Below are positions 39,701-52,695 of a DNA stretch of 64,000 nt, piece after piece. The position numbers were made by a program, and so were the translations under genes. The notes under the pieces are model-generated. The model was not told the DNA's origin. It was given only the letters and a program-made list of their open reading frames with translations, and made no database searches. Source of the DNA: Octopus bimaculoides (taxonomy: Eukaryota); assembly GCF_001194135.2 (NCBI RefSeq), contig NC_069007.1, positions 4,243,098 through 4,307,097 on the forward strand. Reading direction: 5' to 3'. How positions within the stretch are numbered: position 1 is the first letter of the stretch; each line of letters opens with the position of its first letter.

Positions 39701-42217
39701 GGTCTTCTGGACTAGAGATGATCTAGAGTTAAACAGCAACAACTGAGATACTTTTTTCTTAAATTCATCCTTTAGGGCAATAAACGGCGTTTCTGGGCAG
39801 AAGAATCCTGTTCCATTATAATGGGACCACTTTTCAAGGCATGCAGAGAAACAATATCAGAAGACAAAGCTAGAATATACCACAAGGACTGCATGGACGA
39901 TGCTTGTGGGTAAGTTTAGTACTTTTTTTACTACTTCTCACAACCAATAATGGAGAATTGCTACCAATGGTAGCATGCCGCATTTGATTATATACACTTG
40001 TCTATCTTGTCTCATTCTTGATACAAGCTGTAGAATATTACAGTGTCATTAAATCATATACACAATTCCACCAACATTAATGAGGTTAGTACCAAAAAGT
40101 TTAACATTACTTCTCCCCCCTCTCTCTCCCTCTCTCTCTAAATTTTCTTCCTCGCTCTCTTTCTTTCTCTCTCTCTCTCTCTCACTCTCTCTTTGTGAGT
40201 TACTCTTCATGACTTCTCATCTTTCTGTGATCCTCTTATTCTGTGTGTGTGTATGTCTCTCTTTCTCTCTCTAAATCTTCTTCCCCTTTCTCTCTCTATC
40301 TTCTTATTCTCTGTGTGTGTCTCTCTTCTCTTTCTCTTTGTAAATTTGTTTTTTTCTTTTTGCGCTATTTATATTGCTAATTAGCCCTAGGTCAGCCCAC
40401 ATCAAGCTAATCTATGATCCAAAATCATTCTGGACGTGGAACGATTTTCATCATAGATTATATATCAATACAATGTGCCCTTCCTTTTGTAAGTCAGTAA
40501 GAGTGTCGTCAAAATAACAGCTCCTTACAATTTCTAGCATTTTGAGTGACTCCCTTCAACAGTGATTCTCAACAAGTGGTCAATATACCCCTCAGAGGGC
40601 AAACATTTACATGGCGTTTGGGGGCTAATAAACCATACCTGATCATACAGTATTATGCAGTCTATAAAGTTTATTTATAATGTAGTCCTGGATCCAATGC
40701 ATCTCAAAAAAGTTGTTGTTGTTGGCACTCCATCGCTTACGACGTCGAGGGTTCCAGTTGATGCGATCAACGGAACAGTCTGCTCATGAAATTACGTGCA
40801 AGTGGCTGAGCACTCCACAGACACGTGTACCCTTAACGTAGTTCTCGGGGATATTCAGCTGACCCTTTGAATTACAGGCACAACAGAAACAGGAAGTAAG
40901 AACGAGAGAAAGTTGTGGTGGAAGAGTACAGCAGGGTTCGCCACCATCCCCTGCTGGAGCCTCGTGGAGCTTTAGGTGTTTTCGCTCAATAAACACTCAC
41001 AACGCTCGGTCTGGGAATTGAAACCTCGAGTCCGCTGCCCTAACCACTGGGCCATTGTGCCTCCACGCCTGATCATAAGTCACTTAATGACTAAACTACA
41101 ACAAATTACTTGGACAGTTAAACAAAATAAATGACGCTTTTCTTATGTCTTATTTCCTTTCTATTTATTTGAAGCTGTGACAGCGGAGGAGATTGTGAAT
41201 GTCTCTGTACAGCCATTGCAAATTTTGTGGAAGAATGCAACAAAAATGGTCACCATGTTAAATGGAGACACCAACATTTGTGTCGTAAGTAACATTACAC
41301 CTACTTACACTTGTACATACACATGCATCTACACACATAAAAAGTATGTTAGAGTGCTATAGAGGAGACACATGGCTGAAGGAAATAAGAGAAAGGTTGG
41401 GATAAGGTACTAGAGGACACTCTCAAGGTACAAGAAGGTGAGGATAAGAGAAATTACAGACTGTGGATCAAGGGGGGGGGGGATGACTGTGTGCAATATT
41501 TGATTGGTGCTTTTTACATTCCACTGGCACAGGTGCCAGTTATGCGATACTGGCATTGAACACATTATTGCCTCTGTGAGGCCCAATGTTCAACAGGTGC
41601 TTTTTATGTGCCACCAGCATGGGTGCCAGGTACGCGACACTGGCATTGGACACATTGCCTCAACACACATACAGATACATTTACATGCATACACATACAT
41701 ATATGTGTGTTCCACTGCACAAAAAAAATGTAATTTGTAATTAAAACCTGTTTATTCCGTCCTCGTTCTGTATAAATTTATACATATATATATACCGTAA
41801 ATCCTCGAGTATAATCCGCACTTTTTCCCCAAAATTTAAAGGTCGAAATTTCTAGTGCGTACTATATACGAGGTTAAAAATGAAAAATATTTTCTAAGCA
41901 AAATTCTCTAAGTGATAAATATGTAAAGGCAATTTACTTAATATTTATTTTTCACTGACGTTATTACTGTTATTTCTTTATTTTCTGCAAACAAAGAGCA
42001 CAAAAAAGCTACACGTTTGCATTATGTTATATATACAATAATAATAAAAAACGTTACCGTATATATGTTTACAAACCAAAGATGTTATATAGACCTCCTT
42101 GACTCAAGTTAGAGAAGGGGTGCGTATTATACACAAGGTTTAGGTTTTTCAGAGGTACAGCTCCCTAAAAATGCCCTGCGTATTATACTCAAGGGCACAC
42201 TGTACTCGAGGATTTAC

Positions 42218-42285
<68 letters not shown>

Positions 42286-42897
42286 CAATTGCATAATTTC
42301 AGCTATACAGTGTGAAAATGGCTTCAAATACGTTTCTTGTGGTCCTCCTTGCCAAGCAACATGTCGTAACATTGGAGATGAACCAGAAAAGTTTTGTGAG
42401 TCAACACATTGTATTGAAGGTTGTTTCTGTCCATCAGGCTATGTCCAAGAAGGTAAGCTACTTCAAGTCTTCACTAACTCCACCCAGATATCACAACGGT
42501 GTTTAGACCTCTGTCCTTCTCCTTCACAACAACGATGTCTCTTTTATTTCTGTCACATCAAGTTCTATACGAGTTCCATAGTTTGTGTGTCACATCTCTC
42601 CACCAGAACCTGTCTTACGAGTGTATATGTCTTGTACGATGAGGACCAGTTTTTAAGTTGTTGCAATTACTTACCATATTTTAACAACAACAACAACTAC
42701 TACTACTACTACTACTACTAATAATAATAATAATAATAGGGGCTGCAATAAGGGTGGAGCACTTGTAGAAAACAGCACTGCTTGGAACCGCTCGAATACT
42801 CCGCAAGGTGCTCGAAAAATAAGGGGTGTTACCTTAGTTCACTGGTAGTGAACAGCTGGCAACATAGTACATCTCCAGCGTTAGAAGCTGTGCAAAG

Positions 42898-42929
<32 letters not shown>

Positions 42930-45900
42930 TGGAGCATTGGGAGCAGTTTCCAAGGGCTTTGAAAAACATATTTAAAGAATATTGGAGCTTCTGTCAGGTT
43001 CGAGGTGATCCAGAAGATGGCATTGTTGGGTACGACTTGCATTCTAAGGAGAGTATTGTCTCTTTGAATCGCAGGAGAAGGGACTACTTGAAACCTTTGG
43101 TGATTTGTTATTGCCTGCTTTCAAGTAAAGAATAACTGGTAATTAAGAACTATCCGTGAATCTTTCAGAATAATAACAATAATAATAATAAATACCCTGA
43201 TGCAGTACTGGGGTTGATGTAATCAATTTACCCCTTCCTATGCAATTGTTGGCATTGTGCCAAAATTTAAAACCAATTAGTTTATTGCTGTAACTCTTGG
43301 TTTCTTTTTGGCAATATTTATTTCAACACTAATAATACTAAGATGAGTTGAAGTCAAAGATCTTTCTATCTTCATTATACTACTTTTAGTGACCAGACTA
43401 TCTCAGTTAACTCAAATGTCTATACCATCACTATCAGTCTCACTCCAAAAGCCTATGCCACCACAATCTCTTCTATTTATGTTATATTAACACTGATACT
43501 AGTTCTATATCTACCAAACTAACACCGATACCAGTTCTATTCTTATCAAACTAGCTCTGATTCCATTTCTATTACTTTCATACTAACATTGCCGCTTGTT
43601 CTATTTTTGTCATATTAACCCTGATATCTGCTCTTTTCTTGTCATATTAACCCTCATATATGTTCTATATTTGCCATGCTAACTCTAATATTGTATATAA
43701 TATTACCAGGTAAATCATGCATCCCTGCATCTGAGTGTAAATGTTATGATAATGGCAAGTACTACCCACCTGGAGCAAAAGTCACATCGGAATGTAAAAA
43801 TTGGTATGGTTTCCATCACATTTTTGTGAAAATTTTTTTCATGCATGACATGTTGTAGATAACAGATGAAACTTAGTGATGTTCATACCTTCTTTAAATG
43901 TACTTGCAATATAAGGAGAGAAAAAAAGAATTGTTAAGGGAATAAACTACTCAGAGTTGCCATCCTCATCAAAAAGAATAGTTAAGTTAGTGTAGACATT
44001 CTATTTCACTACGTGAACTGGTGTACATTATTGTACTTTAATTATGGGTTCTGTTATCATTACTTAAACAAGTAGAGAGAGATCTGTGTTGTTGAGAAGT
44101 TCACAATAGAAACAAAAAAACATTTCTGGAGTTAATGAAAGAATTAAAATAAGTTTTTCCCTTTTGTCTATCAAAAGAGGCTTAACCACTTTCACACATA
44201 CATATACACATGATGGAGTTTCCACCAATCAAATTCACGCTCAAGGCTTTGGTCAGCCTGAAGCTATAGTAGAAAGCACCTGGCCAAGATGCTGCACTGT
44301 GAGACTGAACCCAGAATCATGTGGTTGAGAAGTGAACTCCTTAACCACACAGCTATGCTCGCATCAATTATGTGTAAACAACTACCTCTATATAAAGCAT
44401 TATATCTTTATAAACCAGCATGTATATATATCCTGGTAGGCCTAAGAACTCGTGGCGTAGATCAACACAAAAGGAACTAGAGAAAGGGGGACATTCATGG
44501 CAGAGTATAAGTACAGAAGCGAAAAATTATGCAACATGGAATTCAATTATAAGTGGCCTATACTCCGCGTTGGAGGGTTAAAGGCAAGAAAGAAGAAAGA
44601 TGTGTATATAGACCATTGTATCTATATAAACTATCATGTGTATATAAAACATCAACTCTACTCAAGCTATGTGCGTTTAATATAAACCATTGCAATCTCC
44701 AATTATGTAGCCAGCATGTGTATATAAACTATTATATATAAACTGTATATATTATATATAAACTGTATAACTATTATATATAAACTATTGTATATAAACT
44801 GGCTACGACGTTGAGTATTCCAGTTGATCTGATCATTAGAAGAGCCTGCCACTGAAATTAATGTGAAAGTGGCTGAGTACTCCACAGACACACATAACCT
44901 TAACATAGTTCTCAGGGTGATTCAGCTTGACAAAGAATGTGACAAGGTTGGTCCTTTTGAAATACAGGTACGATTCCTTTTTATCAGCCGAGTGGACTGG
45001 AGCAACATGAGACAAAATATCTTTCACAAGGACACAACACACTGCCAGGAATCGAACTCATGGCCTTATGATCGGGAGTCAAATATCCTAACCATTAAGC
45101 CATGTGCCTTCTACGTCTTGAACTATTAATATGTATACATATGGCTGTGTGGCAAGAAGCTTACTTCCCATCCACATTGTTCTTGGTTCAGTCCCACTGC
45201 GTGGCACCTTGGGCAAGTGTCTTCTACTACAGCCTCGGGCCGACCAAAGCCTTGTGAGTGGATTTGGTAGGTGGAAACCGAAAGAAGCTCGTCGTGTGTT
45301 GTGTATATATATGTATATGTTTGTGTGTCATGTTTGTCCACCCATCATCAGTTGACAACCGATGTTGGTGTGTTTACGTACCTGTAACTTAGTGGTTCGA
45401 TAAAAGAGACCGATAGAATAAGTGCTAGGCTTACAAAGAATAAGTCCTGGGGGTGGGGGGAGTCGAGTAGTTCGACTAAAGGCGTTGCTCCAACATGGAC
45501 ACAGTCAAATGACCAAAACAAGTAAAATAATAAAAGAATAAACCATTAAAATTCATATAAATCCTTGTAATGTATGATAAGATCCTAAACATTAATTCTG
45601 CGTTCGATTCTCTTGTAGTACTTGTTCCAATGGGAAATTCCACTGTCTCATCTCCAATTGTTCAGCAACATGCAAAGCAAACGAAACAAAGTGTCAAAAT
45701 GGCGACTGTATTGATTCCAAGTACAAATGCGATGGTCGCATGGATTGCAGAGACGGTTCGGATGAACACAACTGCAGTAAGTTCTTGTAAAACTCTTTTG
45801 CCACCTTGCCACTTTCACTACACAGTAAAAATGATTCATTAATCCCTTTTACCTTCTTTAAGTCTATCAGGTGACGTAAAATATTAAATATATATATATA

Positions 45901-48900
45901 TATATATATATCATTTTGTTGTTGGCACTCCGTCGAGGGTTCCAGTTGATCCGATCAACGGAACAGCCTGCTCGTGAAATTAACGGGCAAGTGGCTGAGC
46001 ACTCCACAGACACGTGTACCCTTAACGTAGTTCTCGGGGATATTCAGCGTGACACAGTGTGACAAGGCTGACCCTTTGAATTACAGGCACAACAGAAACA
46101 GGAAGTAAGAGTGAAAGAAAGTGGTGAAAGAGTACAGCAGGGTTCGCCACCATCCCCTGCCGGAGCCTCGTGGAGCTTTAGGTGTTTTCGCTCAATAAAC
46201 ACTCACAATGCCCGGTCTGGGAATCAAAACCGCGATCCTATGACCGCGAGTCCGCTGCCCTAACCACTGGGCCATTGCGCCTCCACTATATATATCAGAG
46301 CCATTGATAAAGGGTGGGGTGTCCTGTATGTCATTTTGTTTTACAGGAGTGAACAATGCAGGAACCATCTGTGAAGGAAGAATATTCTTTCTTACTCTAG
46401 GCACAAGGCCCGAAAGTTTTGGGGAGAGGACCAGTCGACTAGATCGACCTCAGTACGCAACTGGTACTTAATTTATCGACCCCCGAAAGGATGAAAGGCA
46501 AAGACGACCTCGGCGGAATTTGAACTCAGAACGTAAAGACAGACGAAATACCGCGAAGCATTTCGCCCGGCGTGTTAACGTTTCTGCCAGCTCATCGCAT
46601 TCTGTGAAGGAAGAATATTAAAGGTTTCAAATGCGGCGAGCTAGCAGAATCATTAGCATTAAGATAAAAAAAAAAAAGAAAAACTAAAATGTTAAATGCT
46701 TTTGTCAACTAAAAGATCAATTTGTTTTGTATTTACAACTTTTAAACAAAATTTCCTTTTAAATTTCAATGCAAATTTTAAAAAGAGTAATTTTTTTCCC
46801 CCCAGCATACCAGTGTAAAGGCAACGAATTTGTCTGCGGAAGTGGCAAATGTATCTCTAATGAATTCGTCTGCGATGGGATGTTTGATTGTCTGGACCAA
46901 ACTGATGAAATGAATTGTCGTAAGTAACAATAGGCTTTTGCTCAGACCCCCCATATTGCCAAGGTTTTATCATATTTACTTCGGCTTTTTTTTTCAATAC
47001 CAAATTCAAGTCGTCCACATGTCCACACTTATCTGCTGTCTTCTGAAGGCGCAGGGAATGTATATGAGTGGGGCTGCGAGGCAGTTGACTATCTTTCTCT
47101 CCTTTAAGAAGTAATAAATATGTTAACTTGATAAAAGAAATCTTTTAAATAAAGTTAAGAAACGTATTACATGGTACAGGTATGGTCGCGTAATCAAGAT
47201 GCATCTTAGATTATAATTTTGGGTCAAGCAAAGTATCTATGTGCATTTCGTAAGAGAAACAATTGGTGGCGAGGGATTGTGCCACGTACATGATATTTGA
47301 GCATACACTTCAGCCCATCCGATCTATAAACACTCGCACACTTTCATCTCTGCATGTACGTGGATAGGACTTTTCACTGCATCCATCGCCATAGAATTTT
47401 ATAAAATACAAGAAACGAAATATTAGGAAATCTGTACAAGGTTAGTTTTAAATGGCGGAAGCTTGTATAAAACTTTTTCCTCTCTCTCTCTCTCTCTCTT
47501 TCTCTCTTTCTTTCTTTCTTTCTCTCTCTCTCTCTCGATTGTCACAGTAAGTTCCAGTGACAAGCATTGGCAGGCGACTTGTACTCTTTTGATTGCAAGT
47601 TTTATGTCAGTCTGTGACTCTTTTGCTCCGGTAAATGGGAGGGTCACTGCTTCCGTAGTCGAATGGAACAAAACCCTGAAGTATCGGGACCTGGCAGTGA
47701 ACTATCTCTTCTAACCTGTGGCGTTTGAGACGTTTTGAGGGACTGAACCACTAACGGCGAAGTTCTTGCCATCGTTGGCAGCTCGCCTCACCGAGGTGTC
47801 AGGTGATGCCCGTGAGGGCGCTTGGCTTTCCCAACGCCTTAGCCTCGCTATCGCCCGCGGTAACATCGCGAGCATGTTGGCTTGTTTCAGAAGGTTCCGT
47901 TGAACCTTGTGGTGTGCGACCAGTTGAAGCACTTGGTGCTACATTGATGTTTTTTTCTCCCCTTTTTTTCTTTTTTCCGCTTCTTTATTTTTCTTTTCTT
48001 TGCCTTTATTTGTTAAAAACTATATTTGATAAAATAGTGTTATTATTTCCTTTCGAAAACAAATTTACAGAACGATGTGTTTATTTTACGAGCGTGTCTC
48101 CTCTCCATACCATATAATTAGATTCGNNNNNNNNNNNNNNNNNNNNNNNNNNNNNNNNNNNNNNNNNNNNNNNNNNNNNNNNNNNNNNNNNNNNNNNNNN
48201 NNNNNCCATCAAACACTTCGTGATGTTAGATTTGTAGCGAGATTACAAATTACTTTCCTTAATGGCATCGCGTTTAAATAATGGAAATAGTTGTTGAGAG
48301 TGATCTCCCTTTGTACTCTGAAAGTGATCTCCCCTTTACAAAGGCACATGGTGGTAGTGAATTCGATTTTTGTGTTGTGTTCTTGAGCAAGTCACTTTAT
48401 TTCACGTTGCTCCAGTTCACTCAGCTGTAGTAATGAGTTGTGACGTCACTGGTGCCAAGCTGTATCGGCCTTTGCCTTTCCCTTGGCGTGGAGAGGAGCG
48501 GCTGGTTTGCATGGGTGACTGCTGGTCTTCCATAAACAAACTTGCCCGGACTTGTGCCTTGGAGGGTAACATTCTAGGTGCAATCCCATGGTCATTCATG
48601 ACCGAAGGGATTTTTTACCCCCAACTTTTTTTTATGAAAAAAATTTAAGCCAGGTAATAATTAAGCCGCATCACGAGTTGTTTTTAATGCTTTTACTTTT
48701 TATATCTTTTTTCTCTCCGTAATCTTCAGAAATTAAGTGCAGCGGAAATGAATTTGCTTGCGATAGTGGCCGCTGTATTCCTGCTAAATTTTCCTGCGAC
48801 GGAGAATTCGATTGTGGCCCCGGAGATAGGTCTGATGAAACCAATTGTGCCGGTAAATGTCGTTGCATTATTTATTCTGTTACTATTGTCTTGGATTACA

Positions 48901-51900
48901 ACCATTCTGGTTTTTACCTATTAGTTTTACTTTATTTTATATCTCGGTGAACAATTGCATCGTCGGTTACAAGTTATCACTACACCAAGCTTTGGTTCAC
49001 ACTACATTCCTGGCAGTGTGATTGACAAGAGAATCTCCATAAGAAGCACCCAGTACATTCTGTAAAGTGGTTGGCATTAGGAAGGGCATAGAGCTGTAGA
49101 AACAAAACCAAAACAAACTATGGAACTTAGTGCAGCCTCTGGCCTTGTCAGTTCCTGTCAAATTATCCAACCCATGCTAGCATGGAAAACGAATGTGAAA
49201 TATTGATGATAGTTATATGTGCATGCTTGCATATGCACATACATGCATACATACATTACACACAAACAATATATACCTGTATTTTTGATGAATAATCTTC
49301 TTTTTTATTTTCTAGTGATCAAATGTAAAAATCCCAGACATTTCCGATGTGGTTCAGGGAAATGTTTGCCATTACCTGTTCGTTGTGATGGCCACGATGA
49401 CTGCGGAGATGGAACTGATGAAATTGACTGCAGTACGTTAATATTTCCTATTGATTTCAATTTAAATATCCAAGGTCAAGTGTGCCTTCCATCTTTTCAG
49501 TTTCAACCAAAGAAGGTACCATTGAAATATTGGGAGATTTAGCTGAATTTACCCTCTTGCTAATTATATTTCATAATTTCTATTGTCCTGTATCAAGGAA
49601 TTTTGTCAATCTTAAAAATATTTTGTTGTTACTGTGAGCAATGAGAAGACAACTGGTCTGAAATGTTAACATCTCACAGTCTAGGTAGGTGGCGCTGCAA
49701 GCTGATCTAGGTGTATACACACCATTTGTCGACAAGTGAGATATACTCTCCATGACAAAATGCAGTGAGTAGCTTGTTCCCCAGTTCGAATGTGCATCAA
49801 GTATATTCAGACCGATAATAACATTGCAATTTTACTTATCACTGCTTAGCATTCTCCCTCTGTAATTTGTTGTTACTGTTGTTGGTTAGTCTTGATTGAG
49901 CTGACCTGTGGTTAAAGGGCTCCCAACTCTGGCTACATTGTCTCCTATTGAATCTGTTTTGCAGTTTGTTAATCCTGTAATTCAGAGGAGATTTGGATGA
50001 TGTTTCTAATAGAAAGCTTGCTCGCTGCTTGATTGCTTCATGCTCTTGTTTCATGGGGCTGGGAACATTCCAAGTTAGTGTTCTCAGAGACATCATCATG
50101 CATAGAGCTGACCAGGTCTGCCAGAGCTCTCTCCGTCGCTAGTTGTCCCATGCCAGCGCCTCTGTACCCTCCCAAGGTGACGTTGAGCTCTAGAGATCTT
50201 TCCCAATCCCATCCAACCATCTGGTGTAAAACCTTCCATCAGGCTCCTTTCAGCCCACAGCTGCTGCATTGAATGAGAGTAAAGCCATGGTAGTTTGATC
50301 TAGCAGGAGATGGAGGACATGTCTGTACCACATGTGATAGACAGCTGTGTGGTGGGAGGCTGTGTAGGCACTGATGTATTCTTTGTTGGAATCATGGTAG
50401 TAGAATAGGTGACTGTATAGCAAGCTGGAGCCACTCTTAGAAATTCTTGTGTGCAACAGTGCTGGATTAGCAACATCTGTAGAGCAGTGGGCAAAATAAC
50501 ATGCAATATTTAGTTTTGTCCTTCGATTTACTGGTGCTCCAGTATGGCTGCAATTGGAATAAAGTACAAAGAGATGTTGAACATGATGGTGACATTGGAA
50601 TGAGCTGGATGGAAATGAATCACTTTTACATCGTTAAGCTAATGAGAAGGTGATTACATAGTTATTCAATTGCTGAGACATGACAAAACAAATGTTTTTC
50701 ATATTACAGCCTAATATCTTATAAAAAGGAAGGACAAAGGTAGATATTGCGGTGCAAATTACAGGGTGTCCACAAAGTCTGGGTACACAGGGATTAACAC
50801 ATACTTTAAGAAATTATTATTTCTTATATTTAATTGTTTATGTTATGATTTTATTTACTCCATGTAGCCAGACTTTGTGGACACCCTGTATAGAAAGGGA
50901 ACACTTGCAATTAAACATCTACTGGGTCTGTGCTGATATGGGGGTGTAGGGGTGGGCTAAACAGTAGCAATAACAATTAACAATTACATGAGGAATTAAA
51001 AAGCTTACATATAATATCTCTTGTACCTTGGCAGATTGCACGTGTTCAAACGAAGAGTTCACCTGTAAATCTTGTGATTGTATCCCTGCACAGAAGTTGT
51101 GTGATGGTGTCCCTGACTGCCCTCATGAGGATGATGAAATATGCCGTAAGTGTTTTCCTTTCTTCATCTTCTTCTCATTCTTCTTCTGTTCATTCTTCTC
51201 CTCCTCCTCCTCTCTCCTCCACCTTGCTCTGTACTTGTAGCTCAACCACCAACAACTTTCTCATATTAATATCCCACTTTTGCACAATCGACAGACATGC
51301 TCTCCTCCCACACAGTAAGTAGTTTCCTTAACTTTTTTATCAGCAATGTATATATAGCCATGAAGAAGGAGCTTTCTGCAATAACGTGCTGTTTTAGTGA
51401 ATTCTATGATCAAACTGGGGATAAAATGATTTACTTTAAAAAAAAAAATGTAATTAAACAGTAAACTATTTTTGACCTTGTTAAATCTTAAGTGCCTAAT
51501 TGGTCAATTGGTCATTAAACTATGTATATAGGAATGTCTTTTTTTATTATTGTCTCTGTTCGGCTTTATGTCCATTCTGTATTGTGTCCATTTGACTTCT
51601 TGGCTTTGGCTTCTTGTCCTTCAGCCAAAGTGCATTCAACATCCTGTCCACACACAATATCCAGATGTCTTGGTTTTCTATTGTTCATCCTTGTTTTCAA
51701 GCAATAATCCTGTTTTATTAATTAATTTTACTTTAATTTCCACCCTAAATCTCCATAAATATTTTGCAGTTTTTTTTTTTTATGTACGTGGTTTTTAAAA
51801 CTCTTTCTAGCCTTTTGGAAGTACATCTTTGATTTAAAACTTTTGTTTTCATTAAAGTATTTTGAAAATCTTCACTTGAGCCCAATTTTAATGATGCATG

Positions 51901-52660
51901 TAGCTTGCAAAGACTTATTGGAGCAAGCGAAATCAGGATGGCACCTGTGCCCAGCGTTGCCTTTCTGGCACTTGTGCCCATGACATGTGTAAGGATTTTC
52001 GAGCGAGGTCGTTGCCAGTGCCCCTGGACTGGCTCTTGTGCGGGTGGCACATAAAATACTCCATTTTGAGCGTGGCCGTTGGCAGTACCGCCTGACTGGC
52101 CTTTGTGCTGGTGGCACATAAAAGCACCCACTACACTCTCGGAGTGGTTGGCGTTAGGAAGGGCATCCAGCTGTAGAAACTCTGCCAAATCAGATTGGAG
52201 CTTGGTGTAGCCATCTGGTCTCACTAGTCCTCAGTCAAACCGTCCAACTCATGCTAGCATGGAAAGCGGACGTTAAATGATGATGATGATGATGTAGTTA
52301 ATCAGGATTTGAACTTTGTATGGTTGGATTCAAAGCCATAGTAGCCTGGCCAACAATTCCTTGATACCATTAACCAACTAATAATCCAATGGTATTCACC
52401 AATAATTTCATAAACGTTTGTGTTGTTGTCTTGTCAGAATTTCATATTCTGTAGTTACCTTTTAATTGTTTCAGTCATGAGATGGTGGCCATGCTGGGGT
52501 ACTGCCTTGACCCCCAGTACTTATTTTATCTTTTAAGGCTAATACTTATTTTGTTGGTCTCTTTTGCTGAACTGCTAAGTTACGAGGGCATAAACACACC
52601 AATACCTGTTGTCAAGCAGTGGTGGGGAACAAACACAGACACAAAGACACATGCACATAT

Positions 52661-52695
<35 letters not shown>

